In this document: piece after piece, positions 30,609-45,572 of the stretch | Position numbering within the stretch: position 1 is the stretch's first letter | Layout: every line of letters starts with the position of its first letter | Source: Octopus vulgaris | Lineage: Eukaryota | Reading direction: 5' to 3' | DNA length: 64,000 nucleotides | NCBI GenBank assembly: GCA_951406725.2 | Contig: OX597816.1 | Location: forward strand, 79,794,001 to 79,858,000 | Position numbers and translations under genes: made by a program | The notes under the pieces: model-generated | Seen by the model: the letters and a program-made list of their open reading frames with translations, nothing else | Told to the model about the DNA's origin: nothing | The model's database searches: none

Positions 30609-31900
30609 CTATCGTTTAATAGGCCAAAGATAATAGCTCCATATTTATCTTTTTATCATTCTTGCTGGCAACCTTTGTAAATAGAGGTATTATTTACGTG
30701 TATATACGTGCATGTATGTACACACACACACACACACACACATCACATACACACACATTCATATATACACACACATATATACATATACAAAGCACACAAG
30801 CACGCGCTCAGTCACGCACACTCACAAACAATTAGTATATTTATCAATTTTACGTAAGTATTTTCCCAAACCATTTCTTATCCGCATACAATAAAGCGAA
30901 ATTAATTTTTATTAAAGAAACTGCTATAGTAATTTGAAAAATGAATGTGTCATCAGATATGCGTTAATAAATATTCCAATAAATAAACCACTTACTAAAA
31001 ATGAATATTTATACATGATACTTGAGATGGAGACGGATGGAGGTAACAAGACGAACACCTCTCAGTTCTGACTGAAGTATAAAAAAGGGCATTTCACTTC
31101 TATTTCTGTTGTTCTATTATCAGTTTTACCCAGACATTGTGGCCATGTTGGTGCACCACCATTAGTGCTAATGCTTGTTTTTTTTTTTAGAGTCACTTCC
31201 CAGTCCTGACTCCGGAGTCAGTCCTAATGAGGTAGCGAGTTGCACAGAGTTACCCTTCATTGCGTTTCTCGCTGAGGTGTGGGTCTATCTGGTATGTTAA
31301 AAAATTATCTAGTAGTTATTTGAAGATATCCCCCACTACACGTCGGAGATTTCTGAGGCCACTTGGCAACATAATGAAAAAAATGTGGAGGTTTAAAGCC
31401 CTGGCTACTACATTATTAGGTTTTTACTCTTGATGGGGATGGTAGGATCTTTGTTGCAATGCAGTTTTAAAACAAAATTATTCAAAATAACTCATAGACA
31501 ATCATCTAATACACTCACGCGCATACACACACACACACACACTATATGTATATATATATATATATAGAGACACACTCACACATATGCACAAACGCATGCA
31601 CACATTCACACACATACAACCACACGTGAACACAGTCAAAGAAATATAATTTTCGATAAAAATGTGCATGCACATGTGTTTAGACACGCCGTTAATGAGT
31701 TACATGGGCATTACTCGGAGTTCCATAAGCTTGAGAGCGCGTGTGTAACTGATGTTATAAGCTCTTACAGACAGCTTATCTCTAAGACAGGTGCTATCAA
31801 CTGGTCACGTATGAAATAACAATTCTACACAAAGTATTGAGTGCTCTTTTCCGTTTGTAAATCATACTGTGTGCCTTATATATATATATGTGTGTACATA

Positions 31901-31942
<42 letters not shown>

Positions 31943-31995
31943 TATACATATACATACACACACACATATATATATATATATATAAAGTTATACAT

Positions 31996-32036
<41 letters not shown>

Positions 32037-32077
32037 TGTGTATATATATGTTAACAGACATATATGTTTATTGTTTA

Positions 32078-32109
<32 letters not shown>

Positions 32110-32281
32110 TAATTAATGTAATGTTTATATATATACATATATAAATATATATCTATGCATGTTTGTATATATGCAAACACATATATATGCTTATTGCATT
32201 ATATATATATTTGATTAATGTAATGTTTATATATAAATAATTATATATATATATAAATATATAGATAGATACAAATACAAC

Positions 32282-32336
<55 letters not shown>

Positions 32337-32362
32337 CATACATATATATACATATACATACA

Positions 32363-32443
<81 letters not shown>

Positions 32444-32484
32444 TATGTATATATGTATGTATATAGATATAGATTGATACATAA

Positions 32485-32578
<94 letters not shown>

Positions 32579-33680
32579 TACCCATGTGCACGTAGTCATA
32601 CTCACGCACAAACAGAACATAGCAAAAATGCAACTGAAGAATTTACAACGAGAACCCTTTCGAGAAACCTGAATCAGTCATCCTATGCAGACTTCAATCT
32701 CATGAATGTTGGCCGCACGAGAAAATTACAAAACTTACCACATTTCACCAACCAAACACAGAACTATAACTTTTTGAATTGGATTTAAATAACAAATCAA
32801 AAGTTTGGCAAATATACAAGAACGACAAAAGTCTAAAGTTTTTTAATTCCCCATAATATATTTTACGCACTTTTACAAAAGTAAAGCTTGTTATGAAAAG
32901 TGTGGCATCGTTTTATAATATCTTATCATACATATATATATATATATATATATACCTATCAAGATATATATATATATATTATATAGACGTTCGCACATAT
33001 TTCATAAGGGTTTGCATTTCTGAGATGTATTGTTGCATATCATATATTCTAATATAATATAATATAATATAATATAATATAATATAATATAATATAATAT
33101 AATATATGATATAATATAACATAATGTATGATATAATAGAACAATCCTTTCTACTTAGAGGCCTGAAATTTGTGGGAAAGGAACTAGTTGATTACATCGA
33201 CCCCAGTGTTTCACTGGTGCTTATTTAATCGACCCCGAAAGGATGAAAAGCAAAGTCGACCTTGGCGGAATTTGAACTCAGGACGTAGTGACAGACGAAA
33301 TACTACTAAGCATTTCGTCCAGCGCGCTAACGATCCTGCCTGTTCACCGCCATAATATATAATACAACATAATATAGTATAGTATAACATAACATGGCAC
33401 GAACACACACTCACGCACACACACACGCACACACATACACACACACATACAGATATGTAGATATGTATGTTTGTATGTACTAGGCATGCATGTATATATT
33501 ACAGAAGGTAGTGATGAAATACTATTAATTTTATCCTTTTAATTATTACCCTATGAACTATGTACCCTCTAACCACGCATAAACACACACACAAACACTC
33601 ACTCACACATACACATGTCTATAACATGCAACGCATATATGCCTATAGATAATATATATACCTGATTATATGCATGCATA

Positions 33681-33730
<50 letters not shown>

Positions 33731-33860
33731 TAAATATTAGGGAATAAATCCAAATTTACAGGAAAAAAATCAGATTTAGGATTAAATCCAATTTTATAGT
33801 AAAATATTATAAAATATTATTAGAGACAATAGGATTAAATAATTTGAAACTATATGAAGT

Positions 33861-33903
33861 CCACCTGAAGATTGTCGATCAAGACAAGAAACGATTGTAG
33901 TGG
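33861..33903 (+). ncRNA. Minimal type I hammerhead in a Penelope-like remnant
   Basis: CCAC-CTGAAGA-TTGTC-GATCAA-GACAA-GAAA-CGATTG-TA-GTGG, with all core nucleotides, stems I and II and a near-palindromic stem III. A short inverted repeat lies nearby (about 33807-33829 vs 33973-33994), and the remnant sits between (TA)n tracts. Confidence 0.75.
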
Positions 33904-33984
33904 CGGTTTTTTTGACTATTTATTAAAATTTTATGTATTGATTAGTCTTTCCTTGTTTGTTTTATAGTGGTTTTGTCTCTAATA

Positions 33985-34026
<42 letters not shown>

Positions 34027-34099
34027 CATGCATATATACATATTTATATATATATATATTCTCTTTTACTCTTTTACTTGTTTCAGTCATTTGACTGTG

Positions 34100-34169
<70 letters not shown>

Positions 34170-34336
34170 AGTAAAAGAGATTAAAAATCTAGGCAGTTAA
34201 CTATAAAGCACTCAGTGTTAAACGAATTTGGTTAATCACATACAACAATCAGATACCACTAAATGCATATACATACATATACATATGGCAACGTATATAT
34301 GTGTGAAAGCATGCATACGTCACACATCTGTACACA

Positions 34337-34400
34337 TACGATAGTGCGTCAAAAAAGTTATGCCAATAAGAACTGTATTTCATTTTGACGCATCCTCGTA
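34337..34400. mobile_element. 64-bp mini mariner-type TIR element
   Basis: TACGATAGTGCGTCAAAA / TTTTGACGCATCCTCGTA. Confidence 0.55.
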
Positions 34401-34865
34401 TATTCTCTGAAAAGCAAATCGAAGCATGCCCAATATAAAGATATGCAAAAATATATGTGTGTGTGTGTGTGTGTGTGTGTTCTTTTAGAAACATTAACTA
34501 CATAGTCAAACCCTTTAGTTTATAATATTCTATGAAACTAGGAGCAGACAGAACATGCGAATATGCATATATATGTTTTCATGAAAATATAAATTATAAT
34601 TCGTTTGTCTAATACTTAGTCTAGTATCTTAATACAAGTGAAAATATTCTTTTTATTTATTTTTGCAGCATTTATTTTTGTTTTGGTATTTGAAATGTTA
34701 TCCTCAGTTTGGCATCATAATCCATTTTAATCTAAAAGGGATATAGTTTCATAACAGATTATTGCAAATATAATATAATATAATATAATATAATATAATA
34801 TAATATAATATAATATAATATGATATAATATAATATATGATAGGATATATTTATAATCTAATCTA

Positions 34866-34986
<121 letters not shown>

Positions 34987-36356
34987 CCTACCTACCTACC
35001 TACCTACCTATCTACCTACCTACCTATTTATCTATCTATCTATCTATCTACATGGAGCTGGATATAATTGATACAGACGCTTTTAATGTACCGCTTAAAG
35101 TGCTGAAAGTCTACGACAACTGGTAAGTCCTGTGCAGGGAATCCATAAGGGATTAATATTTGGGGTAGAAAATACTGAGTACAGCATTTTGTACAGTGCT
35201 TGGGTCATCATAAGGGGACTGAAAGGATGAAGTCAGATAACCGAGAGTGTCTAAGGGATGGTAGCACAAATCCAGCAAGCTCTGATGAGCAGAGGTTATG
35301 GTGTTAGCGGCAGAATATATAATCGAATGAAATAAAATAAAGAAAACATGACAGGAAATGAAGGCAGCACGTTTCTGGGTAAAGAGACGAGAGTCGTCAG
35401 TCACTTGACTTACAACCTCTGTCCAGTATTCTTTCTATAAAAGAGGTCAGGAAAGACTGTGTGTGACACTAGGAAAAATGCCTTGGATTACTTGTAAGAA
35501 AGACATGCTCTAATCAGAGCATGTCGGAATGGTCATAACTGGACCGCCTTCATCATTCATGGTTGACAAGGAACTGAACAACTACAACACAACCTTATAA
35601 ACATATATAACTTAGATTTAGCACTTTATAAATGTCTTCTTTGAATGACTCGTCTAACCTATACAGTCTCTGATTTCTATTTATGCTATTATTTTTGTTG
35701 TTCACCCCTTATCAAGCCCGACTAAGCAAACTTACGATTAAAGGCATTTCGGACTGGCTTATTTTTATTTTTATTCTATTTTATTATTATTATTTTTTTT
35801 CTTACTTAGACAGTTACCAAGAATCACAGCTCTCGATAGAAAATTTTCAAAGCAGAGTGGACGTAGTTTTCTCAAAATACAAATATGTATTTTTATTATT
35901 TATGTATTTTCTTTTTGAGGACTGGAGCATGTAAGATTTCCATAAGACCTTGCCCTTCTTTGGTTCTCTGGGAGTCGAACCACTTTTACAAGCCCTGTCA
36001 CGGACTACATTACTCAACAATTTCTCTTGTTTTCCAGCCGGTAGGGTGTTATACACCGGTGATATACGGCTTCCGTATTGTTCCACTTAGGCTAGAAAGT
36101 GGGTATTGTATAGCAAGGCAGCCTTACCTCAAAAGACCTTTTAGTAAAGGCTTTCCAGGTAGCACAATTTCGTCTTTAATGAAGAAGTGATATGAAACAA
36201 ATTTGTCCACTATTTTTAGGAGTCAAGCCATTACTTGAAAGCTTGGCCAAAAAGCTTGCTACACACAATTTAAACACAGTAGAACTTTTTATCATGTACT
36301 GCCATTAAATATATAGCAAAATACTTAAATATATATAATTAAATATACAACTAGTA

Positions 36357-36402
<46 letters not shown>

Positions 36403-36656
36403 CATGTGTGTGTGTGTGTGTGCTTGTTGGTGTGCCTGTGTTTGCCCCCCCCCCCCCAACATCACTTGACAATCGATGCTGGTGTGTTTACGTCCCCGTA
36501 ACTTAGTGCTTCGGCAAAAGAGACCTATAAAATAAGTACTAGGCTTACAAAAAAATAAGGCCTGGGATCGATTTGCTCGACTAAAGGTGGTGCTCCAGCA
36601 TGGCCGAAGTCAAATGACTGAAACAAGTAAAAGAATAAAGAATATATATATATGTA

Positions 36657-36711
36657 TCATCATCATCATCATCATTTAACGTCCGCTTTCCATGCTAGCA
36701 TGGGTTGGACG
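36657..36711 (-). mobile_element. RTE-type LINE/SINE 3' terminus
   Basis: Minus strand CGTCCAACCCATGCTAGCATGGAAAGCGGACGTTAAA(TGA)n, a terminal hairpin plus a short-repeat tail. Confidence 0.55.
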
Positions 36712-36750
<39 letters not shown>

Positions 36751-36849
36751 GGGTGAGTACTTGATAATTGTAAGCACCTGTATATACCGTTTGGTGGTGT
36801 AGGTGGTGGAGTAAATTAATCAAAATAAAAACATGATGCCAAGGATTCA

Positions 36850-36927
36850 GCGGTACATATGTTTCGGGCCTTTATTAGACGGATTTATAACAATGCATGA
36901 TGTGTGTCTATGGCCTTCTTCAGCCGC
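36850..36927 (-). ncRNA. Type I hammerhead, minus strand
   Basis: Minus strand reads GCGG-CTGAAGA-aGGCC-a-TAGAC...GTCTA..GGCCc-GAAA-CATATG-TA-CCGC. Confidence 0.65.
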
Positions 36928-37551
36928 GCACAACTACTACCTCAAGGACATCAAAAATTCTACGTTGGGGATGCAAATCCTCTCATTCGCGTACGACATA
37001 ATGCGGCAACAGCATATATATATTCATATATATCCTACATATTTTTATTTGCTTATTTTTTATTTTTACTTTTATTTTCTTATTTCCCTTTATACTTCTT
37101 GTTTCCATCCCTTTCCAAAATAACTTCTTATATTGAACTCTACTATTTCCCTCTATTTAACCATCTCACATCGTCTCTGGTGAAGGGATATCCCTAATAT
37201 TCCAGAAACAGCTGTAAGACTAACTTTCTCTCTAAAAATGTCCTGAAAATTCTATACACCCTTGGCTTTGTTGTCTCAATTTATTTAGCATGCACACACA
37301 CACACACACACATATATATATGTGTGTGTGTTTATATACACACACAAGAGTTAAGGAATGAAGTAGATAAGATCCAGGCTACATATGTTTGATAGAGCGT
37401 AGAACCTCTGAAGTGGTAAATATGCAAGCGAGGTGTATTCCTCAGGCAACACTTCAGCCATAATCACAGCCAAAAACAGTCTTCTTGAATACTACCGGTC
37501 AAATGACCTTGATTAAATTCCTTATTCCTCTCACCTTATATTTTCTTTTAA

Positions 37552-38450
37552 TACCGTAAATCCTCGAGTATAGTCCGCCCTTCAGTATAATACGCAGGGG
37601 ACTTTTAGGGGGCTGTACTTCTGAAAAACCTAAACCTTGTGTATAATACGCACCACTTCTCTAACTTGCGTCAAGGAGGTCTATATAACGTCCTTGGTTT
37701 GTAAAATTGTATACAGTAACGTCCTTTATTATTAACTAGCAGTATCGCCCGGCGTTGCTCAGGTTTGTAAGGGAAATAACTATAAAGTATTTTTAGAGAG
37801 TTATAGCCAAAAAATAGCAAAAAAATGGAAAAAATGATGGTAAATTTTTTTTTGAGATTTAAAAAAGGTAGAGTTGCGTCCCCTAGACAGTTTGTGGTTC
37901 GTATTCTGATTCTCGACCCCATGTCGAATTTATCGATTTTTTTCAGAACTGGGGCAACTTTTCAAAATTTTCGCTGCGTTAGTTTTGAATTATGACATTG
38001 GGCTATGTGTGTGTCAAGTTTCATCAGAACCGGTTGAAAGCCGTGGTCAGGGTGAGGGTACAAGCAAACAGACACACAGAAACACGCACAGACAAACTGC
38101 CGTTTATATAGAGAGAGATGTATGTATAACATAATGCAAACGTGTAGCATTTTTGTGCATTTTGTTTGCAGAAAATAAAGAAATAATAATAATAACGTTT
38201 AATAAATGTTGCTTACTGCATGTTATGGATGATTATTTTATGACTTCATTGCTTTCAGGCTTAGCTTAAGGTATTTTCGTGCCCGACATCACAAAATGCG
38301 TCTGAATAAACATTGCCGGACAGCAAATAAAGACTCGGACATTGCTTAGAAAATATTTTTCATTTTTAACCTCGTATATAATACTCACTAGGGATTTTGA
38401 CCTTTAAATTTTGGGGAAAAAATGCGGATTATACTCGAGGATTTACGGTA
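37552..38450. mobile_element. Non-autonomous Tc1/mariner-superfamily (pogo/Tigger-like) element
   Basis: Terminal inverted repeats (TIRs) TACCGTAAATCCTCGAGTATAGTCCGC / GCGGATTATACTCGAGGATTTACGGTA with TA at both ends. Confidence 0.8.
37736..38118 (-). mobile_element. Non-autonomous Helitron
   Basis: Minus strand 5'-TC...CTAG-3', inserted between A and T, with a subterminal GC-rich hairpin. The 3' ~110 bp are shared with 13740-14375. Confidence 0.8.
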
Positions 38451-39094
38451 CTTATTTCTCTCTACATTTATAGTCTCTCCTACTGTGCTTTCTACACATT
38501 GTGATTGAATCTTCCATACGTTAACATGCACCTCATTGTCACAATGTAAACTTTCATTTTACCAAGATATCCTTGGCCTGAAAAGTAGCCTGTGGTATAC
38601 ACCTTGTTTGGATATTTATCACTTCTGAAGTTCCGCTCGCTATAAAACGTATGTAGCCCGGATCTTATCTACTCCATACCGTAACTCTTGTATTCTTATT
38701 CACAGACTCGGCAACCCTGGTTGCCTGCTGTAAAATATAAAAAAGAACTTTTTTCAGTTGATCGTACTTCGATACGAAAAAAAATATCCACAACCTTCTG
38801 TATCAATAAACCACTATTGTCCCTGAAAGTTGTTCTTTTTTTAATTTACTACAGATTGCTTGAAGCTGATTTTCCTCCAATATCTCGATCCTTTGATCTT
38901 ACACACACACGCACACACACACACAAACACATATATTGGAATACATACATACATACATACATACATACATACATACATACATACTTACATACATACATAC
39001 ATACTTACATACATACATACATATAAATATAGATATACTTATATGTATGTATGCACACACACACACACACAAAGATATATTCAGGAAGATAAGC

Positions 39095-39127
<33 letters not shown>

Positions 39128-39667
39128 TGTGTGTGTGAGTAAATATTTTGTTGTGGACCAGAGGCAGTAAAGAGAGCACTCAATACTGACGATCAAATTA
39201 TACAAATTATATATGCGCGTATGAATGCATTCGCATATACACGTGCGCGCGCGAGATGTGTGTGTATGCATGAAAACAGAGGTGGAGACAGAAGAAGAAG
39301 AAGAAGAAGAAGAAGAAGAAGAAGAAGAAGAAGAAGAAGAAGAAGAAGAAGAAGAAGAAGAAGAAGAAGAAAAGGAAGAAGGGGAGGAGTCTCACTCTAC
39401 TGGATAACTTAGCAGGCTACCCCACTCCATCCTTAGTGCTCGGTTCTTATTTCCTCTCGCTTACTCAATTGCATTGGACACGGCACTATGCATATCTCAT
39501 TTTCACACGCAATCATTGGGAAGAGGAGAAATGGGAGGTTGCAGTGTTTTGAGTACGAGACTTAATTGTCGGGAAAAAAAACACACACGTATAAAAATAA
39601 TTATCAGAAAAGCTGTTCCTAGTCACCTCTCTGTCCGGGTAACCGTGTACCTCCTCTACAGCAACAC

Positions 39668-39735
<68 letters not shown>

Positions 39736-39751
39736 GAGAGAGAGATGGATG

Positions 39752-39864
<113 letters not shown>

Positions 39865-39914
39865 ATAAATAGATTGGAAAATGTGTGAGATCCTTGGTAC
39901 AGTTAGGTATATTT

Positions 39915-40337
39915 GAAAAAGAAAAGGAATTACTTCACTGGTAGTTCTAATGAGTTTAATATGTTAGTTTTTAATTTTTTGGAAATATAAATTTTAGTTC
40001 GTGGATTTAGTAAGTTCTTTGTTAACTTTGTTAACTTCTTCGGAGAACTTTCTCGTATTCGTTGTCAAACAGACCTGAGGATTTGGGGTTTTGTGATTCT
40101 GTATATGGGAATCTATATATAGTATCCCATATATAGATTCATATAACCTCAAATACTCAGATCTGTTCTCCAAAAGAAGTTAACTAGAAGATATTTTTCT
40201 TTTTTTTTTAAATTTTCACACCCAAGTTAACAAAGAACTTACTAGATCTATGAACTAAAATTTATATTATCAAAAATTTTTTTAAATAATAATCAAATTG
40301 ATTAGAACTACTAGTGAATTCATTCTTTTTCTTTTTT
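39915..40337. repeat. Long imperfect palindrome
   Basis: Arms around ~40118, e.g. TAGTAAGTTCTTTGTTAACT/AGTTAACAAAGAACTTACTA and AATATAAATTTTAGTTC/GAACTAAAATTTATATT. Confidence 0.85.
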
Positions 40338-40390
40338 CAAATATATATATATATGCTTTTTTAGCCCTAAATATACACACACACACACAC

Positions 40391-40461
<71 letters not shown>

Positions 40462-40523
40462 TGTATGTATGTGTGTATGTATGTATGCATGCATGTATGT
40501 ATGTATATGGATATATATATATG

Positions 40524-40556
<33 letters not shown>

Positions 40557-40628
40557 GTACATACATATATGTATGTATGTATATATATATATATATATAT
40601 ATGCATATACATACGTACGCACACACAT

Positions 40629-40662
<34 letters not shown>

Positions 40663-40995
40663 GTACATATGTATGTATGCATATATATAGTCTTTGTGTC
40701 TGTGTTTGTCTCCCGCCACAGCTTGATAACTGATGGTCGTATCTTTACCATGTCGTAAATTAGCGGTTCGGCAAAAGAGACCGACAGAATAATTACTATG
40801 CTTAAAGAAATAAGTCCTGGAGTGTATTTGTTTGACTATATAAATCCCTTGAAGGCGGTGCTCCAGCATGGCCGCAGCCAGATGACTGAAACAAGGAAAA
40901 GATAAAAGATTACACACACACACAAAAACACACACACGCACGCACAAACGCGCACATTCACGAACGCACGCGCACACACACACACAAACACAGAT

Positions 40996-41029
<34 letters not shown>

Positions 41030-41567
41030 ACAAAAATATATGCGAGACAAATAGAAAGATGTTAATCAAACTCTTTTAAAACATGTATCTGCTTAATTGA
41101 GACTGACCTGATGATTAGTGGACAAATTAATTAGTTATACACATTTCAGAATTAGACGCTAGGTAGCAACCACTTATCTGCAGCTTTATCTTAACTCGAT
41201 ACTGCAAGTGCTAGAAAACTTATATACCGTAACGACACTGAATGTTTTGGAGAGCTTGCTTACCCAGGCAGCATGCTTACATTACACTGATGGCAATCTT
41301 TTATGTCATCCAATGTTCATATTCTGTCGACTTTCTCTAGTCTTCCTTTTTCTTATCCTCGAGTCTTAAGACACGCACGCATGCATGCACGCATGCACGC
41401 ATGCATGCACACATGCACGCATGCATGCACACATACGTAAACGCGTGTATTTATTCCACTTCCAGAAAAGTAATGTCAATTTATTCTGGCCGTCATCGCA
41501 CAGTCCGACGAAGGCTAACTGGCCGAAGTCACAACTCAATCATCGCTGTTCTTGTAAGAGTATAATG

Positions 41568-41598
<31 letters not shown>

Positions 41599-41601
<3 letters not shown>

Positions 41602-42036
41602 TGCCGACTCAGGCACTCGGGCTGTTCGAGCTTAGTCCGAATATGAATTTAGTAAAGTGAACGTGCATTTTCAAGCCGATTTAATTTCTGCCAACACTGA
41701 CTTCAAGTATGTAATTTCAGCCAATAACTCGGGCTTCTTTTATTGAACCGGGTCGCAATTCATTTATTTTCGTTCAGCGTCTGGCGGTACGCTGTGTCAT
41801 AAAATATCATTTGCAGCAGACATTCTCTCGACATCGTTCTCACGCGCCTGACTCGGGCTCAGAAGTTACAGCCCGAGTTGTTATCTATAGTCGTAAAAAT
41901 TAGAAGTAATTCAAATTCAATGTTTTCTTGAAGTAATAAATTTCTATAGAGATTAGGATTTAAATTCCAATCAATGAAAGATTCCCGTTCTACAATATTC
42001 TTAAAGGAACGAAAAATTATTCAGCAACTCGGGCTA
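41599..42036. mobile_element. Unclassified microsatellite-flanked element with five ACTCGGGCT motifs
   Basis: Motif at 41615, 41727, 41851 and 42027, and reversed at 41870. Confidence 0.4.
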
Positions 42037-42052
42037 ATTACATACATACATG

Positions 42053-42147
<95 letters not shown>

Positions 42148-42513
42148 TTAGTATATACACTTGGTTTAGCGGCTAGTGTGTTGCATTCGGGATCATCAGA
42201 TTGTGCTTTGGATTCCTGGACCGAACGACGCGTTGTGTTGTGCAAAACACGTTAGTTCAGTTCATTTCAGCTGGCAAAAATGACTAATCTTGCAACAGTC
42301 CAGCTTCCCGTCTAGCAGGGGAAAGTAACGCATAAACGTATATATTCCCCTTCTTGAATACAAGAAACTGGCTTCATGAGCCTATAGACTCAAGATGAAC
42401 ATTGTTGTCGCTGAGATGTATAAGTTGCATTAGGCTATCGCTGTCACCCCGAAAACTGTGGTGGTTGTGATCTAGAAGATCATGTTTATCTAGGAAAGCA
42501 TTTATTCTTGATC

Positions 42514-42740
42514 TAACCCTTTGGTGTTCAGATTACCCTGTTAAATGTAATGCTTTTTCACTCAAATTGTTTTGAATTAATCATGCATTATCTTGTAGCT
42601 TTGAGGTTTCAATGACGTGATTGTTTATTTTTAGAATGTCAATGTAGGTTAGGTGTGAGAGGCTAGATATCGCCAGTTTGAATATAAAATATGTAGAATA
42701 TTTGGGCTGGATATGGCCGGTTTAAACATTAAAGGGCTAA
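42514..42740. mobile_element. piggyBac-like MITE
   Basis: TAACCCTTTGGTGTTCAGA...TTTAAACATTAAAGGGCTAA, with degenerate TTAA-CCC/GGG-TTAA ends. Confidence 0.6.
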
Positions 42741-42924
42741 ACACACTTTTAAATATTTTGATGACATGAGAGATCAGCGAAACTGGACGGAAATTCACTA
42801 GCAGCGATTTTTTCCTTCCTTAAAACCGGGATGATTAATTGAGATACATATATAACTTAGATATGTTTCGGTCAAAGATTGGCCCACCCATGTCTGATAG
42901 GATCTGTTTAATCATTTTAAAGAC

Positions 42925-43260
42925 AAATTTTGTGGTATCATGGCCCATACGAGTGGTGAGCTGTTGTTGACTGAGAGATCTCCAGATACAGGTGGCTTGT
43001 CTAGAATTCCTTGAATTCGTTTGAAGGTGTTGGGATCATTCCTTCTTTGCTTTGTTATCAGATAATGTTAAATAGAGCAGGGATTGAGAAAAGGAAGTTG
43101 TGTTGCTCTAAATTTATGTTTTGTGAACTTGAATTGTGTTGGGGCGTATGGCATGTAGCCCAGCCTTGGATGAATTCTGAGTCTAATGTTAAGGTCGTTT
43201 GAGCAATGCTGCTGGTATATTCTTCACATTATGCAAATAATGTGACGCTCACAGCAGCGC
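42925..43260 (-). pseudogene. Decayed CR1/L2-group LINE ORF2 C-terminus
   Basis: Broken-frame HPRLGYM..QHNFLFSIPALFNII..DKPPVSG..VNNSSPLVW, resembling invertebrate CR1-type ends. Confidence 0.5.
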
Positions 43261-43326
43261 CAGGGAAAGTAAAAGTTTGGTGTTTTAAGGTGGTCACAAA
43301 AATCTTGACCAGTCACATAGTGAATG

Positions 43327-43359
<33 letters not shown>

Positions 43360-44021
43360 GTGTGGCGAACACAATAAACTATAGAAATCTCGGTGTGGTT
43401 ACTTGACTTGCTAGACATGTAGAAATGCAACTAAATTTCGCACCACCGTCTTAACAAAAAGAACATTCGATAATATATACTGATACAAACTCTCTGAATA
43501 GATGGAACGGTCATGACTAGAACAATACCAACAAAAACAACAGCAAATATATACAAAAATTCAAAAGAAAATACTTCAAAAAGACAGTAGGTCAGTCACT
43601 GACCGCTTCGATGATACTGACATTTACTATCCACTGGTATATGTAGAATGCACGCTTAAAATGGTGAAGTGAAGTTATGTGCAATATATGGCTTGATCTC
43701 AAAGCTCCAGAAAAAGGTAATAAAAGATAATGTTAAGTTGAGAAGCACTTTCCAAAAGATGGAGTAGTTATTACTGCCGGAAATGTTTAACCTCACTATC
43801 CTTGAGCAATACAGCAGATATGTCCTGTACGAGGATTGATCTGAAAAATCCATAGTGGCTCAATATAAGAGCACATTTGATTCAATTATTAGCCACACAA
43901 ACACACACAAGCGTGCGCGCGTAAGCACAAGCACAGACACACATATACACACACACACACACAAATAGGAAAGTATGTATGTATATATCTATATCTATAT
44001 CAATACCTATATGTATGTATG

Positions 44022-44054
<33 letters not shown>

Positions 44055-44067
44055 ATATATATATATA

Positions 44068-44105
<38 letters not shown>

Positions 44106-44157
44106 TTATATACACGTATGTGCACGCACTTTATTCATATATACGCATATATAGAGA

Positions 44158-44233
<76 letters not shown>

Positions 44234-44234
44234 C

Positions 44235-44280
<46 letters not shown>

Positions 44281-44442
44281 GGCGAGTGAGATAGATAGAG
44301 AGATAGATAGATAGATAGATAGATATAGACATTGATGGATAGATAGAAATATATGTTTGTATCTATGGTTGCTGATGCAAATCCAAATACCCTATAAATC
44401 AAAAATAAGAAATCCCGATTATAGTGATAAATTGCTGCTGCA

Positions 44443-44473
<31 letters not shown>

Positions 44474-44584
44474 CTTCTTCTTCTTCTTCTTCTTCTTCTT
44501 CTTCTTCTTCTTCTTCTTCTTCTTCTTCTTCTTCTTCTTCTTCTTCTTCTTCTTCTTCTTCTTCATCTTCATCTTCATCTCATG

Positions 44585-44663
<79 letters not shown>

Positions 44664-45513
44664 CGGTGAACTGGTAGAATCGTTAGCACTGCAGACAAAA
44701 TGGTTAGCGACATTTCGTCCGTCCTTACGCCCTAATTTCAAATTTCGCCGAGTTTGGCTTTGCCTTTCAGCCTTTCGAGGTCGATAATATGAGTACCAGT
44801 TGTGCACTAGAGTCGATGTAATCAACCTACCTCTTCCCTAAAAGAATTGGTGGCCTTGTGCCAAAATTTGAAACCATTATAATCATTATTAATTTATTTT
44901 TGTAAAAGCCCTAGCAAGTATGGGAGACAATTCGAAACAATTCCGGACTTGTTTCTTTTCATCTTGGCTTACCCATCTTTCTTTTAGTCTTTTAGTCTTT
45001 TATTTGTTCTAGTCATTTGACTGAGGCCATGCTGGAGCACCGCCTTTAGTCGAACAAATCGACCCTAGGACTTATTCTTTGTTAGCCAAGTACTTATTCT
45101 ATCGGTCTCTTTTGCCGAACAGCTAAGTTACGGGGACGTAAACACACTAGCATCGGTCCAGCCAATAAGAAATAGCAACCAAATCCTCTAAATTCTTAAA
45201 ACATAATCATGCAAAGTCATAATTGACAATGTAGTTCTAGATATGCAAGAGATGGCTGTGTGGTAAGAAGGTTCCTCTCAAAATACACGCTTCCAGGTTT
45301 AGTACCACTGCGAGGCACCTTGGGCAAGTGTCTCCTACTCTAACTTCAAACCGACGAGAGCCTTATGAGGGGATTTGGTAGACAGAAACTGAAAGAAACC
45401 CGTCATGTATATATATATATACACACCCAGTTTTTATTTATGAAAGCATTGACATATATACACAAACGCATTACCATCGATAAAAGCTCAAACACACACA
45501 CACACACACACGC

Positions 45514-45572
<59 letters not shown>

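Larger units (their letters stand above)
37345..38690. mobile_element. Inverted-repeat element (arms about 115 bp) hosting a nested TIR transposon and a Helitron
   Basis: 37345-37459 is an imperfect reverse complement of 38575-38690 (AGTAGATAAGATCC/GGATCTTATCTACT). The left arm has degenerate hammerhead boxes on the minus strand (CTGAGGA...AAACATATGTA). Confidence 0.7.

Noticed and set aside
31206-31221. 16-bp palindrome CTGACTCCGGAGTCAG as a regulatory site
   Set aside because: It is isolated, with no supporting context.
35077-35128. Plus-strand exon ending TG|GTAAGT
   Set aside because: The donor is good but there is no polypyrimidine acceptor.
35282-35336. CTGATGA motif as a hammerhead (likewise at about 3276, 24973, 32634, 40076, 41108 and 54305)
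   Set aside because: No compatible stems I-III with a downstream GAAA.
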